Source: Phycisphaerae bacterium (GTDB lineage: Bacteria; Planctomycetota; Phycisphaerae; UBA1845). From it: DNA of 64,000 bases. The stretch lies in NCBI GenBank assembly GCA_028289375.1, contig JANQQK010000038.1, forward strand, positions 84,110 through 148,109, read 5' to 3'. Below are positions 8,394 through 18,277 of this stretch, piece after piece (within the stretch, counting starts at the first letter, position 1; each line of letters opens with the position of its first letter). The notes beneath the pieces were generated by a model. The model saw only the letters and a list, made by a program, of their open reading frames with translations. It was not told the DNA's origin and made no database searches. The translations under genes were made by a program, and so were the position numbers.

Positions 8394-9989
8394 TCACACA
8401 CTTGCAGCAATGAGTGATTCATCCTGAGCGCCAACGGGCAACTCAGGACGGCAGGCCACCCAGTGGCATAGCTCGTTTGCGGAGACCGGTTCGTTGCCGA
8501 GTTTGCCGATTTCGATGGCAGCGGCTGCGTTGCCCAGATAGGCGGCCGTCATCATCGGTGCACCGACCGCAAGCGAAAGTGATGCTGTCGCCAGAAGGGC
8601 ATCACCGCCGCCCAAGCTGTCGATCGGTCGTTCGTTGAAGGTCGGCAGATGCTCACTGACAAGCCGGGCAGCCCATTGCGGATGCTCCGGGTCGTCGGTC
8701 GCCCGATCGAACAGAACCATGCCTTTCTTTTCGAGCGTGACGATCAGATGTTTGGCCTGCGTCGAGCTGAGCAGGCTGTACGCCACAGACGAGAGGCCCT
8801 GATTGAAATCGTTGACGTTCGATCGCAGTTCCCGCTCGGTCGGTGTCAGCAGGTCAGCCCCATGGAAGTTCATCAGGCTTGCATGCTGTCCGGAGACATC
8901 GGCTGTAATCACACGCACCCGCGCACGCAGACGCGGCAATACACGCTCGAGCAGACCAGCGGTGATCATGCCGAATCCAAAATCGCAGAAGATCACAGCG
9001 TCGGCATTTTCTGCTTCTGCTTCAAGAACCGACATTGCCCGACGCTGCGCCAATGAGTCCAGGGGAATCGGCTCGGCCGACTGTACTTTGAGCAGTTTCT
9101 TGTCGTCGACAAGATAACGCGACTTCTCGGCGACGTCTGGACGACAGCGTAGCAACTGCGTCTGCACGCCGTCGCGAGCGAGCACTTCTTCGACGTATTG
9201 TGACTGCTCATCATGTCCGATGGCCGTCAGCAGGCAGGGATGTCCACCCAGGGCAGCCACGTGTCGTGCAACAATCGCAGCCCCGCCGACGTACGTTGTC
9301 TCATCCAACTGATTTAACGACATCATGGGCGACTCGCTGGCGATGTCGACGGCGTCGCAGAAGACGTAGCGATCGAGAATGGTATCACCGACCACGAGGA
9401 CCCGTTGATCGCGAAACTGATCGATGACGTGCGTCAACGAAGATTGCGTCAGGTCGTGTCGTTCGCAAATCACACTCAATCTTTGCGCCTGCAGATCTGC
9501 GTCGCGCGGAACCATGTCGATCAGGGCGGAAGAACTGAAAACGACCTCGCCGCTTGAGAACACAATTCGGCCACCGCACTCCTCGACAATCTCACGTTCC
9601 TTGAGGAATCGCGGATCGGCGGACCGCTCATACTCGCGCCCCTTGATGTACACATCCGGCTTGACATCGCGCAGGATCGATTCGGCTGTCGGATTCGGAT
9701 CGATGTACACGCGATCGACGCAGGTCAACGCCGCGAGATTCTCAGCCCGCAATTCCTGCGGAATGTACGGTCGCTGCGTGCCCTTCGAGACGTCCGCATC
9801 ACCGGTCAGCGTGACCAGCAGAAGATCGCCCTGCCGACTGGCATATTCCAGGTAGCGAATGTGGCCTGGGTGCACGATGTCGAAACAGCCGTGACACTGC
9901 ACGATGGTCTTGCCGTCAGCGCGGGTGTTGGTCACGAATTGCAGCAGCGATGCGTGATCGACGATCTTGTGCTGATAACTGAGCGACAT
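8394..9989 (-). CDS. Bifunctional sugar-phosphate nucleotidyltransferase / PfkB-family kinase (HldE-like, domains in reversed order)
   Basis: The N-terminus has the cytidylyltransferase-family motif CHGCFDIVHPGHIRYLEYA. The C-terminal two thirds is PfkB-like (VLVVGDTILDRY..., DSLGGGDALLA). ATG at 9989 is preceded by GGGAG. Confidence 0.8.
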   Translation of the reverse strand: MSLSYQHKIVDHASLLQFVTNTRADGKTIVQCHGCFDIVHPGHIRYLEYASRQGDLLLVTLTGDADVSKGTQRPYIPQELRAENLAALTCVDRVYIDPNPTAESILRDVKPDVYIKGREYERSADPRFLKEREIVEECGGRIVFSSGEVVFSSSALIDMVPRDADLQAQRLSVICERHDLTQSSLTHVIDQFRDQRVLVVGDTILDRYVFCDAVDIASESPMMSLNQLDETTYVGGAAIVARHVAALGGHPCLLTAIGHDEQSQYVEEVLARDGVQTQLLRCRPDVAEKSRYLVDDKKLLKVQSAEPIPLDSLAQRRAMSVLEAEAENADAVIFCDFGFGMITAGLLERVLPRLRARVRVITADVSGQHASLMNFHGADLLTPTERELRSNVNDFNQGLSSVAYSLLSSTQAKHLIVTLEKKGMVLFDRATDDPEHPQWAARLVSEHLPTFNERPIDSLGGGDALLATASLSLAVGAPMMTAAYLGNAAAAIEIGKLGNEPVSANELCHWVACRPELPVGAQDESLIAASV

Positions 9990-10167
9990 CACAAACTCCC
10001 TGCGCGCGGACCGGTTGCGTGCGCGATTCGTGTGCATCGGCACAATTGTCGCAACATCTACAGCCAATCCACAGGCTGGTTGCGTCACCTGCAATGCCAC
10101 CTATCATGTGCGATTTGGCGGTTCGCGGCGGTCCGAATCGCATGGCTGTCGACCGGATTGCGGTGTC

Positions 10168-11769
10168 ATGCTCCCAACGCTTCAGTGGTACATTGCCAAG
10201 GAAATGGGCAAGACCTTCATCCTGACCGCGGTTGGGTTGTCGCTGGTCTTCGCGCTCGGTGGGGGTGTGGCCAACCTCATCGAAGTGGAGCGCGTGACGC
10301 CGGCCCAACTGCTTCGCCTGCTCGCCATCATCGTACCCATGTTCGGCACGCTGACGCTTCCCGTGGCTGCCCTGTACAGCGCCACGGTCACGTATGGCCG
10401 ACTCAGCGCCGACAACGAAATCCTCGCCTGCCGTGCGAGCGGGATCAACATTCAACGTCTGTTTCTGCCGCCGGTGCTGCTCAGCCTGTTCGTGGCGTGT
10501 TGCACGTTCTACTCGATCAGCTTCCTGATTCCCGGCATGGTGCGTGACCTCGATCAGGTCGTCCGCGCCGGCATCCGGCACATCGTTGAGGAACAGCTAA
10601 AATCACCCGACCGCCTCTCGTTGCAGGGTGGTTCCGTCCGCATCTATACGGACAACCTGATCGAAGACGACGACGCGCCCAATGTCATGAATCTAGCCGG
10701 CGTCGCCTACGTGCAACTCGATGATCAAGGCTGGAAGCTCTATGGCACGGCCGGCGCTATCAGCCTCAGGTTTGACGTGGAGAAGAGCAAGCCCCGTATC
10801 TCCGGCGCCATCCGCAATTTCACGTACTATAACCGCAAGAACAATGACTGGCTGATGGCTGACCATCAGGAGATCCCGCCCAGTGTGATCCCGCGGACGT
10901 TTCGGCCAAAGGTCAAGTTTCTCAATCTTCGCGAATTGTTTGACTATCGCAATCGACCTGAAGATTGGCCGCGTGTCACCGACGTCCTCCAGCGCACGCG
11001 CGAGGAACTCCTCCGGCAGACCTTCTTCGACGCCACATTTCAGAAGATGGACACGGAGGAAGGCACTGTCATACTCCAACGCGAAGGGCAAGCCGTCACG
11101 ATCGAAGCCGAGAAGGGCCAACAAGGGCTCCACGACGGTGGAATCACACTGGACAACGTGCGTGTCACCACCAGAATCGAAGGCGAGATGCGTACGATCA
11201 CCGGGATGCGAGCCTCCCTGATCACTGAGCGCAATCAGAATGGTGAACAGTACGCAGCCCTCATCATCGACGGTGATGTCGCAAGTCAGTCCCACATCGA
11301 CAAGGGCACGGTCCGCAAAGGCCGCGAACGCATCGCCGGCATCAGCCTCGGCGAGACGCACCGACAACACATCGCCGCCATCTCAGACGACCAACTCCTC
11401 GACGGCGACTACTACATCGACGACCGCCCCGCCGCACGCGAAATGCGCCTTGAAGCAATCGAACAGGCCGGCAAGTTCGTCCGCAAGGTCGGATCGGAGC
11501 TGCACTCTCGCCTTGCCTTTTCGGTCAGTTCTTTCGTGCTCATCATTCTCGGAGCGGCGCTGGGCATCATCTATCGCGGCGCACACGTGATGGCCGCCTT
11601 CGGCATCAGCTTCGTGCCACTGCTCATCGTGATCGTATCCAACATCATGGGTCGGCAGCTTGCGGAAAAGGAGGGCACGGTCCTGCTCGGTGTGTTGCTC
11701 ATCTGGGGCGCGATCATCGCCGTCGGTGTGGCCGACATGATCACGGTGTCACGGGTGACCAGAAGATGA
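10168..11769 (+). CDS. LptF/LptG-family (YjgP/YjgQ) permease with a large periplasmic insert
   Basis: N-terminus MLPTLQWYIAKEMGKTFILTAVGLSLVF is typical of YjgP/YjgQ permeases, with C-terminal TM segments. Its stop overlaps the next start (ATGA). Confidence 0.8.
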   Translation: MLPTLQWYIAKEMGKTFILTAVGLSLVFALGGGVANLIEVERVTPAQLLRLLAIIVPMFGTLTLPVAALYSATVTYGRLSADNEILACRASGINIQRLFLPPVLLSLFVACCTFYSISFLIPGMVRDLDQVVRAGIRHIVEEQLKSPDRLSLQGGSVRIYTDNLIEDDDAPNVMNLAGVAYVQLDDQGWKLYGTAGAISLRFDVEKSKPRISGAIRNFTYYNRKNNDWLMADHQEIPPSVIPRTFRPKVKFLNLRELFDYRNRPEDWPRVTDVLQRTREELLRQTFFDATFQKMDTEEGTVILQREGQAVTIEAEKGQQGLHDGGITLDNVRVTTRIEGEMRTITGMRASLITERNQNGEQYAALIIDGDVASQSHIDKGTVRKGRERIAGISLGETHRQHIAAISDDQLLDGDYYIDDRPAAREMRLEAIEQAGKFVRKVGSELHSRLAFSVSSFVLIILGAALGIIYRGAHVMAAFGISFVPLLIVIVSNIMGRQLAEKEGTVLLGVLLIWGAIIAVGVADMITVSRVTRR

Positions 11770-12869
11770 AAACGCTCGACCGCTACATCTTCCGTTCGCT
11801 CGTCGTCAACTATGTCATCGCGCTGTCTGTCATGATCAGCCTCTACATGGCGCTTGACCTCTTCTTCAACATCGACGAGTTCACCGAATCCGAGGAATCG
11901 GCGACCGCCATCCTCCGCAACATCGTCTCCTACTACGCGCCGCACTGCTTTCTCTACTTCGCGCAGCTATCCGGCGTCATCACGCTGTTCGCCTGCGTCG
12001 CGACCATTGCACGACTGAGACGGGCGAACGAATTGGCCGCCATTGTTGCATCCGGGGTCAGTCTTTATCGCGTGGCTGTGCCGGTCGTCATCTTCGGCGC
12101 TGTCACGTCGACGCTCTGGTATCTTGACGTCGAGTATGCCATCCCATCGGTCGCACACCGATTGGCCCGTGACCATGAAGACGCATCCGGCGCCAACGCA
12201 AAGGGCGTGTTCCTCGTCAATGACGGTCCGCACGATCTGCTCTCCGCCCGCACGTTCATTCCCACATCCAAGGAGTTGAACGACCTACTCGTGCTTCACC
12301 GCGATCCATCCGGCGACATCGAAAAAGTCACCGAAGCCGAGTTTGCCCGCTGGACATCTGTCCCCGGCCATCCCGCCGGCGGTTTCTGGACACTGGCCAA
12401 CGGCGTCGAAATCACACGGCAGATTGCAGGTTCCTCGCTTGGCCCACAGGAGAAGATGATCCCCACGCCCGTCGATCGCTACGAAAGCAGCCTCTCGCCC
12501 GAAGCACTCGAATTGCGACAGGCTCAGCAGTGGATTCGCTACCTGTCCGCCGCCAAGCTCAACGAGCTCAAGGAAACCGAGCCGTTCTACGCACCGCGCA
12601 TCCGCGAGGTGCAACACGGACGCTTCGCCACGCCCATCGTGCATGTGCTGTTGATGCTGCTCGGCGTGCCCTTCTTTCTCAGTCGCGAGCCAGCCAACAT
12701 CATCCGCGATGCCGGAAAATGCGTGCTCATCTGCGGCATGTGCTTCCTGCTCGCGTTCGCCGGGGAGAATTTCGTCCAAGCCGATGACTTGTCCGCACTG
12801 CCGTCGTGGCTGCCGCTGATCATCTTCGCCCCGGTCGCCGTCGTGCTCATCGATCGGATTCGCACATGA
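11766..12869 (+). CDS. LptF/LptG-family (YjgP/YjgQ) permease
   Basis: N-terminus MKTLDRYIFRSLVVNYVIALSVMISLYMALD and a six-TM-type layout. Paired with the preceding paralog. Confidence 0.85.
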   Translation: MKTLDRYIFRSLVVNYVIALSVMISLYMALDLFFNIDEFTESEESATAILRNIVSYYAPHCFLYFAQLSGVITLFACVATIARLRRANELAAIVASGVSLYRVAVPVVIFGAVTSTLWYLDVEYAIPSVAHRLARDHEDASGANAKGVFLVNDGPHDLLSARTFIPTSKELNDLLVLHRDPSGDIEKVTEAEFARWTSVPGHPAGGFWTLANGVEITRQIAGSSLGPQEKMIPTPVDRYESSLSPEALELRQAQQWIRYLSAAKLNELKETEPFYAPRIREVQHGRFATPIVHVLLMLLGVPFFLSREPANIIRDAGKCVLICGMCFLLAFAGENFVQADDLSALPSWLPLIIFAPVAVVLIDRIRT

Positions 12870-14074
12870 GCGCCCCCCACATCGCGATCATCGGCGCAGG
12901 GCCGATCGGATTGGAGGCCGCTGCCCGCGCCATCATCGACGGCTATCGCGTCAGCGTGTTCGAGAAGGGCAGCATCGCCGCCAACGTCCAATCGTGGGGA
13001 CATGTCGTACTCTTCAGCCCATTCGGCATGAACCGCTCGACCTGGGGTCTGGGCATCGTCCGCAAACACACCACAACAACCAGCGTTCCGGACGACGACG
13101 AACTGCTCACTGGCCACGCGTTCGCCGAGCGCTATCTGATCCCATTGGGCGAAGCAATGGCTCAGCATGCCGACATTCACGCCGAAACGCGCGTCGTCGC
13201 CATCGGTCGCACGGACCTGCTCAAACACGAAGCCATTGGCGATCATCGGCGGGGCAGCGCCGGATTTCGCATTCTCACCGAGTGCACCGACGGCCAGCAG
13301 CAGTCACACGCCGCCGACATCCTGATCGACGCCTCCGGCACCTATGGCCACCATCGCCCGCTTGGCACCGGCGGCATCCCAGCCATCGGTGAACAAGCCG
13401 CCGCCGACCGCATCCACTACCTGCTCGACGATCCGACAGGCAGTCATCGCGAACGATACGCGAACCGGCGTGTTCTCCTTGTCGGCAGCGGTTACTCCGC
13501 CGCCACGTCGATCATCGCCCTCGATGAACTGCGTCGCACTGCCGCCGACACTTCAATCACCTGGCTTGTCCGCAACAATCCCCGCGCACCCATCACCGTC
13601 ATCGACCACGACCGACTCCCCCAGCGCGCCGCCATCGCCACGCGTGCCAACGACCTCGCCAACAGCGATCACGTCCGCATGCTGCAGGGCACGATCGACC
13701 GCATCGACCGCAATCCGGACGACTGCCTCCGCGTCTCCATGACCCACCCAACGGAAGCCCCCACAAGCATCAGCGTCGACCGAATCCTCGCCAACGTCGG
13801 CTACACCCCCGACAACACCATCTACCGCGAACTACAGGTCCACGAATGCTACGCGACCTTAGGACCCATGAAACTCGCCGCCTCGCTGATGGGCAACGCC
13901 TCAACCGACTGCCTCGACCAGACCGCCCCAGGCCCGGACGTCCTCACCAACCCCGAACCCAATTTCTTCATCCTCGGCAGCAAAAGCTATGGCCGAAACT
14001 CCGCCTTCCTGATCCGCGTCGGCATCGAGCAAATCGATCAACTCTTCGCGCATATCCTGACGCCGACCCGCTAA
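12866..14074 (+). CDS. FAD/NAD(P)-binding oxidoreductase (two-dinucleotide-binding-domain flavoprotein)
   Basis: GxGxxG motifs at IAIIGAGPIGLEAA and VLLVGSGYSAATS. The ATG overlaps the lptG-like stop (ATGA at 12866-12869). Confidence 0.8.
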   Translation: MSAPHIAIIGAGPIGLEAAARAIIDGYRVSVFEKGSIAANVQSWGHVVLFSPFGMNRSTWGLGIVRKHTTTTSVPDDDELLTGHAFAERYLIPLGEAMAQHADIHAETRVVAIGRTDLLKHEAIGDHRRGSAGFRILTECTDGQQQSHAADILIDASGTYGHHRPLGTGGIPAIGEQAAADRIHYLLDDPTGSHRERYANRRVLLVGSGYSAATSIIALDELRRTAADTSITWLVRNNPRAPITVIDHDRLPQRAAIATRANDLANSDHVRMLQGTIDRIDRNPDDCLRVSMTHPTEAPTSISVDRILANVGYTPDNTIYRELQVHECYATLGPMKLAASLMGNASTDCLDQTAPGPDVLTNPEPNFFILGSKSYGRNSAFLIRVGIEQIDQLFAHILTPTR

Positions 14075-14118
14075 CTGCCCCGTTTGTGGGAATACCGAAC
14101 TCCGCCCCAGCAGTTACA

Positions 14119-15042
14119 ATGGCAACAATGATTCAGGACACTCCCCATTCCAACGAACCACCCCGCGTCGCCCTGCAATCTCTCGACTCCCTCTGGTTTC
14201 AGGTGGCCGGCACGATCTGCAACCTCCGCTGCCACCATTGCTTCATCAGCTGCGCCCCGGACAACGACAAGTTCAACTTCCTCTCGCTCGAAACATGCAA
14301 ACGCTATCTCAACGAAGCCGCCGCCCTCGGCGTCAAGGAGTTCTACTTCACCGGCGGCGAACCCTTCGCCAACCCAGACATGTGCGAGATCCTGGCTGAG
14401 ACCATCAAGGTTGGCCCCGCCACCATTCTCACCAACGCGACGCTCTTCCGCGATTCGACACTCGACCGCCTCCAAAGAATCAACGAATCAACGCCCTACT
14501 CGATCGAAATGCGCGTCAGCATTGACGGCTACTCTGCGGAGATGAATGACCCCATCCGCGGCGAGGGCACGTTCGACGCCGCGATGAAAGGCGTGCAGCA
14601 ACTCGTCGACATTGGCTTTCTTCCCATCATCACGATCACCCGCACCTGGTGCGGCGACGATGGCGACGTACTCGCAACATTCCGTCAGACCCTGGTCGAC
14701 AATGGCTATACGCGCCCACGACTCAAGGTGCTCCCGTCGCTCAAACTGGGAGCCGAAGTCGCCCGCACGCGAGGCTACCACGACGACGAACGCGTCACGC
14801 ACGACATGATGGCCAACTACGATCCTGCCCAACTCGTCTGCTCGTCGGCCCGCGTCGTCACCGATCAGGGCATCTGGGTCTGCCCCATCCTTCTCGACGC
14901 TCCCGACGCACGACTCGGCGGCACGCTGGCTGAATCGTTGGTCGATTATCCGCTACGCCACAACGCATGCTTTACGTGCTGGTCCTTCGGTGCCATCTGT
15001 TCCAACGTCTCAACCGCCGCCACGTCCACGACTGATGCCTGA
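14119..15042 (+). CDS. Radical SAM protein with a SPASM/twitch-like Cys-rich C-terminus
   Basis: CNLRCHHC (CX3CX2C) cluster motif, YFTGGEPF glycine-rich SAM motif, and a C-terminal Cys cluster (CSSARVV...VCPILLD...CFTCWSFGAIC). Confidence 0.85.
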   Translation: MATMIQDTPHSNEPPRVALQSLDSLWFQVAGTICNLRCHHCFISCAPDNDKFNFLSLETCKRYLNEAAALGVKEFYFTGGEPFANPDMCEILAETIKVGPATILTNATLFRDSTLDRLQRINESTPYSIEMRVSIDGYSAEMNDPIRGEGTFDAAMKGVQQLVDIGFLPIITITRTWCGDDGDVLATFRQTLVDNGYTRPRLKVLPSLKLGAEVARTRGYHDDERVTHDMMANYDPAQLVCSSARVVTDQGIWVCPILLDAPDARLGGTLAESLVDYPLRHNACFTCWSFGAICSNVSTAATSTTDA

Positions 15043-15832
15043 CCAATCGCCCAAACAAATCGCCCTCTTCGGCGGCGTCTACAGCAACTACCTCGCCCTC
15101 ACCGCCGCCCTGACCGACATCCGAAATCGCGGCATCGCCGACGTCTACTGCCTTGGCGATCTCGGCGCCTTCGGCCCCCGTCCAAACCGCGTCTTCCCCC
15201 TGCTACACCAACACAACGTCCACGTCGTGCAGGGCAATTACGACGACAGCATCGGTCGCGGCCTGTCCGACTGCCAATGCGGCTACACCGACCCGGCAGA
15301 CAACCACTTCGCCGCCATCAGCTACCAGTATACCTTCAACAACACCGACCCCCAGCACCGCCCTTGGATGGCAAACCTTCCGCGCGAAATCCGCCTGAAG
15401 ATCAACGATCAACGCATCCTGCTCTGTCACGGCAGCCCGCGCAAAACCAACGAATTCCTGTGGGAATCAACCACGTCGACGGCATTCATCGAGAAGCTGC
15501 ACCACGACCACGATGCCGACGTGATCTGCTGCACGCACACCGGCATCAAGTGGTCCCGCCGCGCCGCCAACGACAAGCTCTTTGTAAATGTAGGCTGCCT
15601 CGGTCGCCCGGAGAACGACGGAAACACGAACGTCTGGTACGCCATTGTTACGGTCGGCAACAGCAGCGTTGACGTCGAGTTCGTCCCCGTCCACTACGAT
15701 CACGATCAACTCGCCAACGACATGCGCGCAGAACAACTCCCCAGCGCATTCATCGAGACGATCAAAACCGGATGGTGGACAACATGCCTCGAAATACTAC
15801 CCGCCAAGGAGCGGGCACGAGGTCGTTACTGA
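15035..15832 (+). CDS. Metallophosphoesterase (calcineurin-like/YfcE-type)
   Basis: Motifs CLGDLGAFGP, VVQGNYDD, LCHGSP and CCTHTG, plus an unusual DCQCGY Cys pair. The ATG at 15035 overlaps the radical SAM gene by 8 nt. Confidence 0.85.
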   Translation: MPDQSPKQIALFGGVYSNYLALTAALTDIRNRGIADVYCLGDLGAFGPRPNRVFPLLHQHNVHVVQGNYDDSIGRGLSDCQCGYTDPADNHFAAISYQYTFNNTDPQHRPWMANLPREIRLKINDQRILLCHGSPRKTNEFLWESTTSTAFIEKLHHDHDADVICCTHTGIKWSRRAANDKLFVNVGCLGRPENDGNTNVWYAIVTVGNSSVDVEFVPVHYDHDQLANDMRAEQLPSAFIETIKTGWWTTCLEILPAKERARGRY

Positions 15833-16200
15833 TCCTCACCCGCCGCGCGCTCATCTTCGAGATGTTCGTCAAGTGGTTGCCCGCTTGCGGTCCGAAGGTA
15901 TCCATGCAGCCGCTGCGGAAAGAACCCCACATCCGCCACAAACCCCCGCCCCTTCAGCCGAACACTCGTCGCATTCTCCGGGCGACGATGCGACCGGGAC
16001 ACCGCACGAAGCGACTCACGATCCAGAAACCCCGATTGCGTCTCAGCCAACTCCCCATCGACGTACAGCTCGGCCCGATAACGGAACCAGCCGACACGTG
16101 CGACCAGTTCAGCCTCATGCTGACCGTCCTGCGTGCGTGTGACGTATCTCTTTTCCCTGGACACGGCAGCCATGCCTCCCGACACCGCGCAGCGGCCCAC
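15826..16200 (-). CDS. Hypothetical protein (about 115-124 aa)
   Basis: This is the only frame in the interval with protein-like composition; the plus-strand alternatives are Arg/Pro/His-rich. Start uncertain (GTG 16200 or ATG 16173). Overlaps the metallophosphoesterase 3' end by 7 nt. Confidence 0.4.
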   Translation of the reverse strand: MGRCAVSGGMAAVSREKRYVTRTQDGQHEAELVARVGWFRYRAELYVDGELAETQSGFLDRESLRAVSRSHRRPENATSVRLKGRGFVADVGFFPQRLHGYLRTASGQPLDEHLEDERAAGEDQ

Positions 16201-16360
16201 TGCGTGGCTTCATCGATGCACCCCAAACTGCCCCTCCGATACCGAGAACCCGGGCGACGGACGCGCTTGCGTGGCCAACACCCACATCGGTAACATATAC
16301 GCTACCGGGCGTCATGCCGTCCTTCAAGGCGTCCACGGCTCGCTGCCACGGGGGTTCGCC

Positions 16361-17125
16361 ATGGGTCACTCATCCAGCGCCGTCCAGACTGCCGTCTCGA
16401 TGCGCCGGCGGTGTATCCTGATCGCGGTGCTCATGGCCATCGCAGCCCCAACCGCATTCGCGCAGAAACCAGGTCAATCCGCCGCAGACAGGCTCCAGAG
16501 GCTCATCGAACTCAACGATCAACGCCCCACCGCAGCCGCCGACGACTGGACATCGCCAGAGGAGTTCAATGAGTTGTATGTCTGGCTTGGTCGCGTGCTC
16601 GACGAGCTTGACGAAATCGTCACCACCTCCGAACGCACGCTGGACAAGAAATTCAACGCCAATCAGGCCCGTACGCCGTCAACACCATCACACCTGACAC
16701 TCAAGGATATCGACGACCACAACGATGGCCCTGAAATGAGCGAACTGGACCCACACGTCATGCAGGAAGACGACGGAACGCTCTTTCTCGGCGACGTTCT
16801 CCACGGCCAACAACCGGTCACCTCCACCATCAATGGCCTCGACGCCATGGTCGACAACGAGAAGTTCATTCCCGCCTCAAAGCCCATCAACGACGCCATC
16901 AGTCTGGACGGAAGCCAGATCGGTGGACCATCGTACGGCTCCAGCGAACGCGTCGGTCGCTTCGTCAAACCCTTCGTCAACACCTGGTACTTCGATTGGC
17001 CTTGGGTTGCCAAGGATGGTCAGAACATGTTCTTCTGGGTCATCGGTCCGCCGGTGGGTGCGGCTGGTGTACTCGCACTCGGGTTCTTCGTCCTCGTGAA
17101 CCGTCCCATACCCCGCCGCCGCTGA
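16361..17125 (+). CDS. Secreted hypothetical protein with a C-terminal TM helix and basic tail
   Basis: Signal peptide MRRRCILIAVLMAIAAPTAFAQ. The C-terminus is FFWVIGPPVGAAGVLALGFFVLVNRPIPRRR. Start is either 16361 or 16400. Confidence 0.6.
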   Translation: MGHSSSAVQTAVSMRRRCILIAVLMAIAAPTAFAQKPGQSAADRLQRLIELNDQRPTAAADDWTSPEEFNELYVWLGRVLDELDEIVTTSERTLDKKFNANQARTPSTPSHLTLKDIDDHNDGPEMSELDPHVMQEDDGTLFLGDVLHGQQPVTSTINGLDAMVDNEKFIPASKPINDAISLDGSQIGGPSYGSSERVGRFVKPFVNTWYFDWPWVAKDGQNMFFWVIGPPVGAAGVLALGFFVLVNRPIPRRR

Positions 17126-17134
17126 CGCAACCCG

Positions 17135-18277
17135 CTACAGATCAGCCGACCGCGTCGCGTACCGAATCGCCTGCCTTGCTGCGTGCAACTCCGACTCCCC
17201 CATGCTGCCATAGTGCCACAACGTGACAACAGACACCCCCGAGTCCACCAGATCATGCAGCCGCTTTACCAGCACCGCACTGTCAGACGCCGTCGGATCC
17301 CACACGTCCACCATCGCCCCCAATCGCACCGCCGGCTGATCCGCGTGAATCCCATGCAATCGATCCATGTCCGCCCCGGATGAAACATCCACCTGCAGCG
17401 CTGCAAACCCTTCCGGCAACGTCGCCGCAACCACACGCCCGACATGCAACACCAGCGGGCAATCCACAACGTCGGTCAACGACGCCACCAACCCGCCAAA
17501 CGCCGCCCGCCGACGCTCGACATACGCAGCCAACACCGCGTCGTCCGCCAGCAACGCACCCAACGAATCGACCGCCGCCATACGCCCCTCGATCAACCCC
17601 GACAACGTCACCTGCGCCGACCGCAACGCCGCCGACGTCGCATCCATCCCGCCAGCCGACTGCATGCACGACTCGCAGAAACAGACGCTGAGCAAATCCC
17701 GCACCACCGGCGGCAACCCGTCCGGCACGTGCGATCCCTCGAAAAGGTCCGTATCAAACGCCCGATCCAGCCCCACCAGCTCAATCGCGCTAACACCATA
17801 GTTCCGCGACAAATCCGCCATCACCGCCCGCAACCACTCAGCCGCGTCCGGATGCGACAAGCACAGGCAATCCGGCGACACATCCCCGAACGCCGACTTC
17901 ACCGCCGCCTCCGGGTACCGCGTCGCCATCCGCCCGACGCGCCGCGTCTCAAGCCGTACCCGCAATTCAAGCCCACGTTCCTCGCACCCATCCGCCAACT
18001 TGGCCAGCGGATTCCGCGCCTTGAGATGCTCCTCGACGATGGGCTTGAGTCGCGTCCGCTGATACAGCCCGTCATCCGGTTGAAAGCAGATCCCCCCGCG
18101 CGTGCGGAACACCCGAGGCTCCAGCTCCGGCCGCCGCCGCAACTGACACACAGGCCCCACCCCCGCCACGACCGTCACCCCGCGCACCCCAAGCTGCCCC
18201 TGCAGCACATCCAGCGCAGCCTCAACCCCCGCCTGCTCCAGATCCCACAAATACCCTGCCACCCGTACCGCAAACAT
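17135..18277 (-). CDS. Hypothetical protein, possibly a TIM-barrel glycoside-hydrolase-like fold
   Basis: Long ORF with normal composition. The segment CLCLSHPDAAEWLRAVMADLSRNYGVSAIEL resembles GH-like uncharacterised families (weak recall only). Start taken at Met23 (MFAVRVAGY). Confidence 0.55.
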   Translation of the reverse strand: MFAVRVAGYLWDLEQAGVEAALDVLQGQLGVRGVTVVAGVGPVCQLRRRPELEPRVFRTRGGICFQPDDGLYQRTRLKPIVEEHLKARNPLAKLADGCEERGLELRVRLETRRVGRMATRYPEAAVKSAFGDVSPDCLCLSHPDAAEWLRAVMADLSRNYGVSAIELVGLDRAFDTDLFEGSHVPDGLPPVVRDLLSVCFCESCMQSAGGMDATSAALRSAQVTLSGLIEGRMAAVDSLGALLADDAVLAAYVERRRAAFGGLVASLTDVVDCPLVLHVGRVVAATLPEGFAALQVDVSSGADMDRLHGIHADQPAVRLGAMVDVWDPTASDSAVLVKRLHDLVDSGVSVVTLWHYGSMGESELHAARQAIRYATRSADL

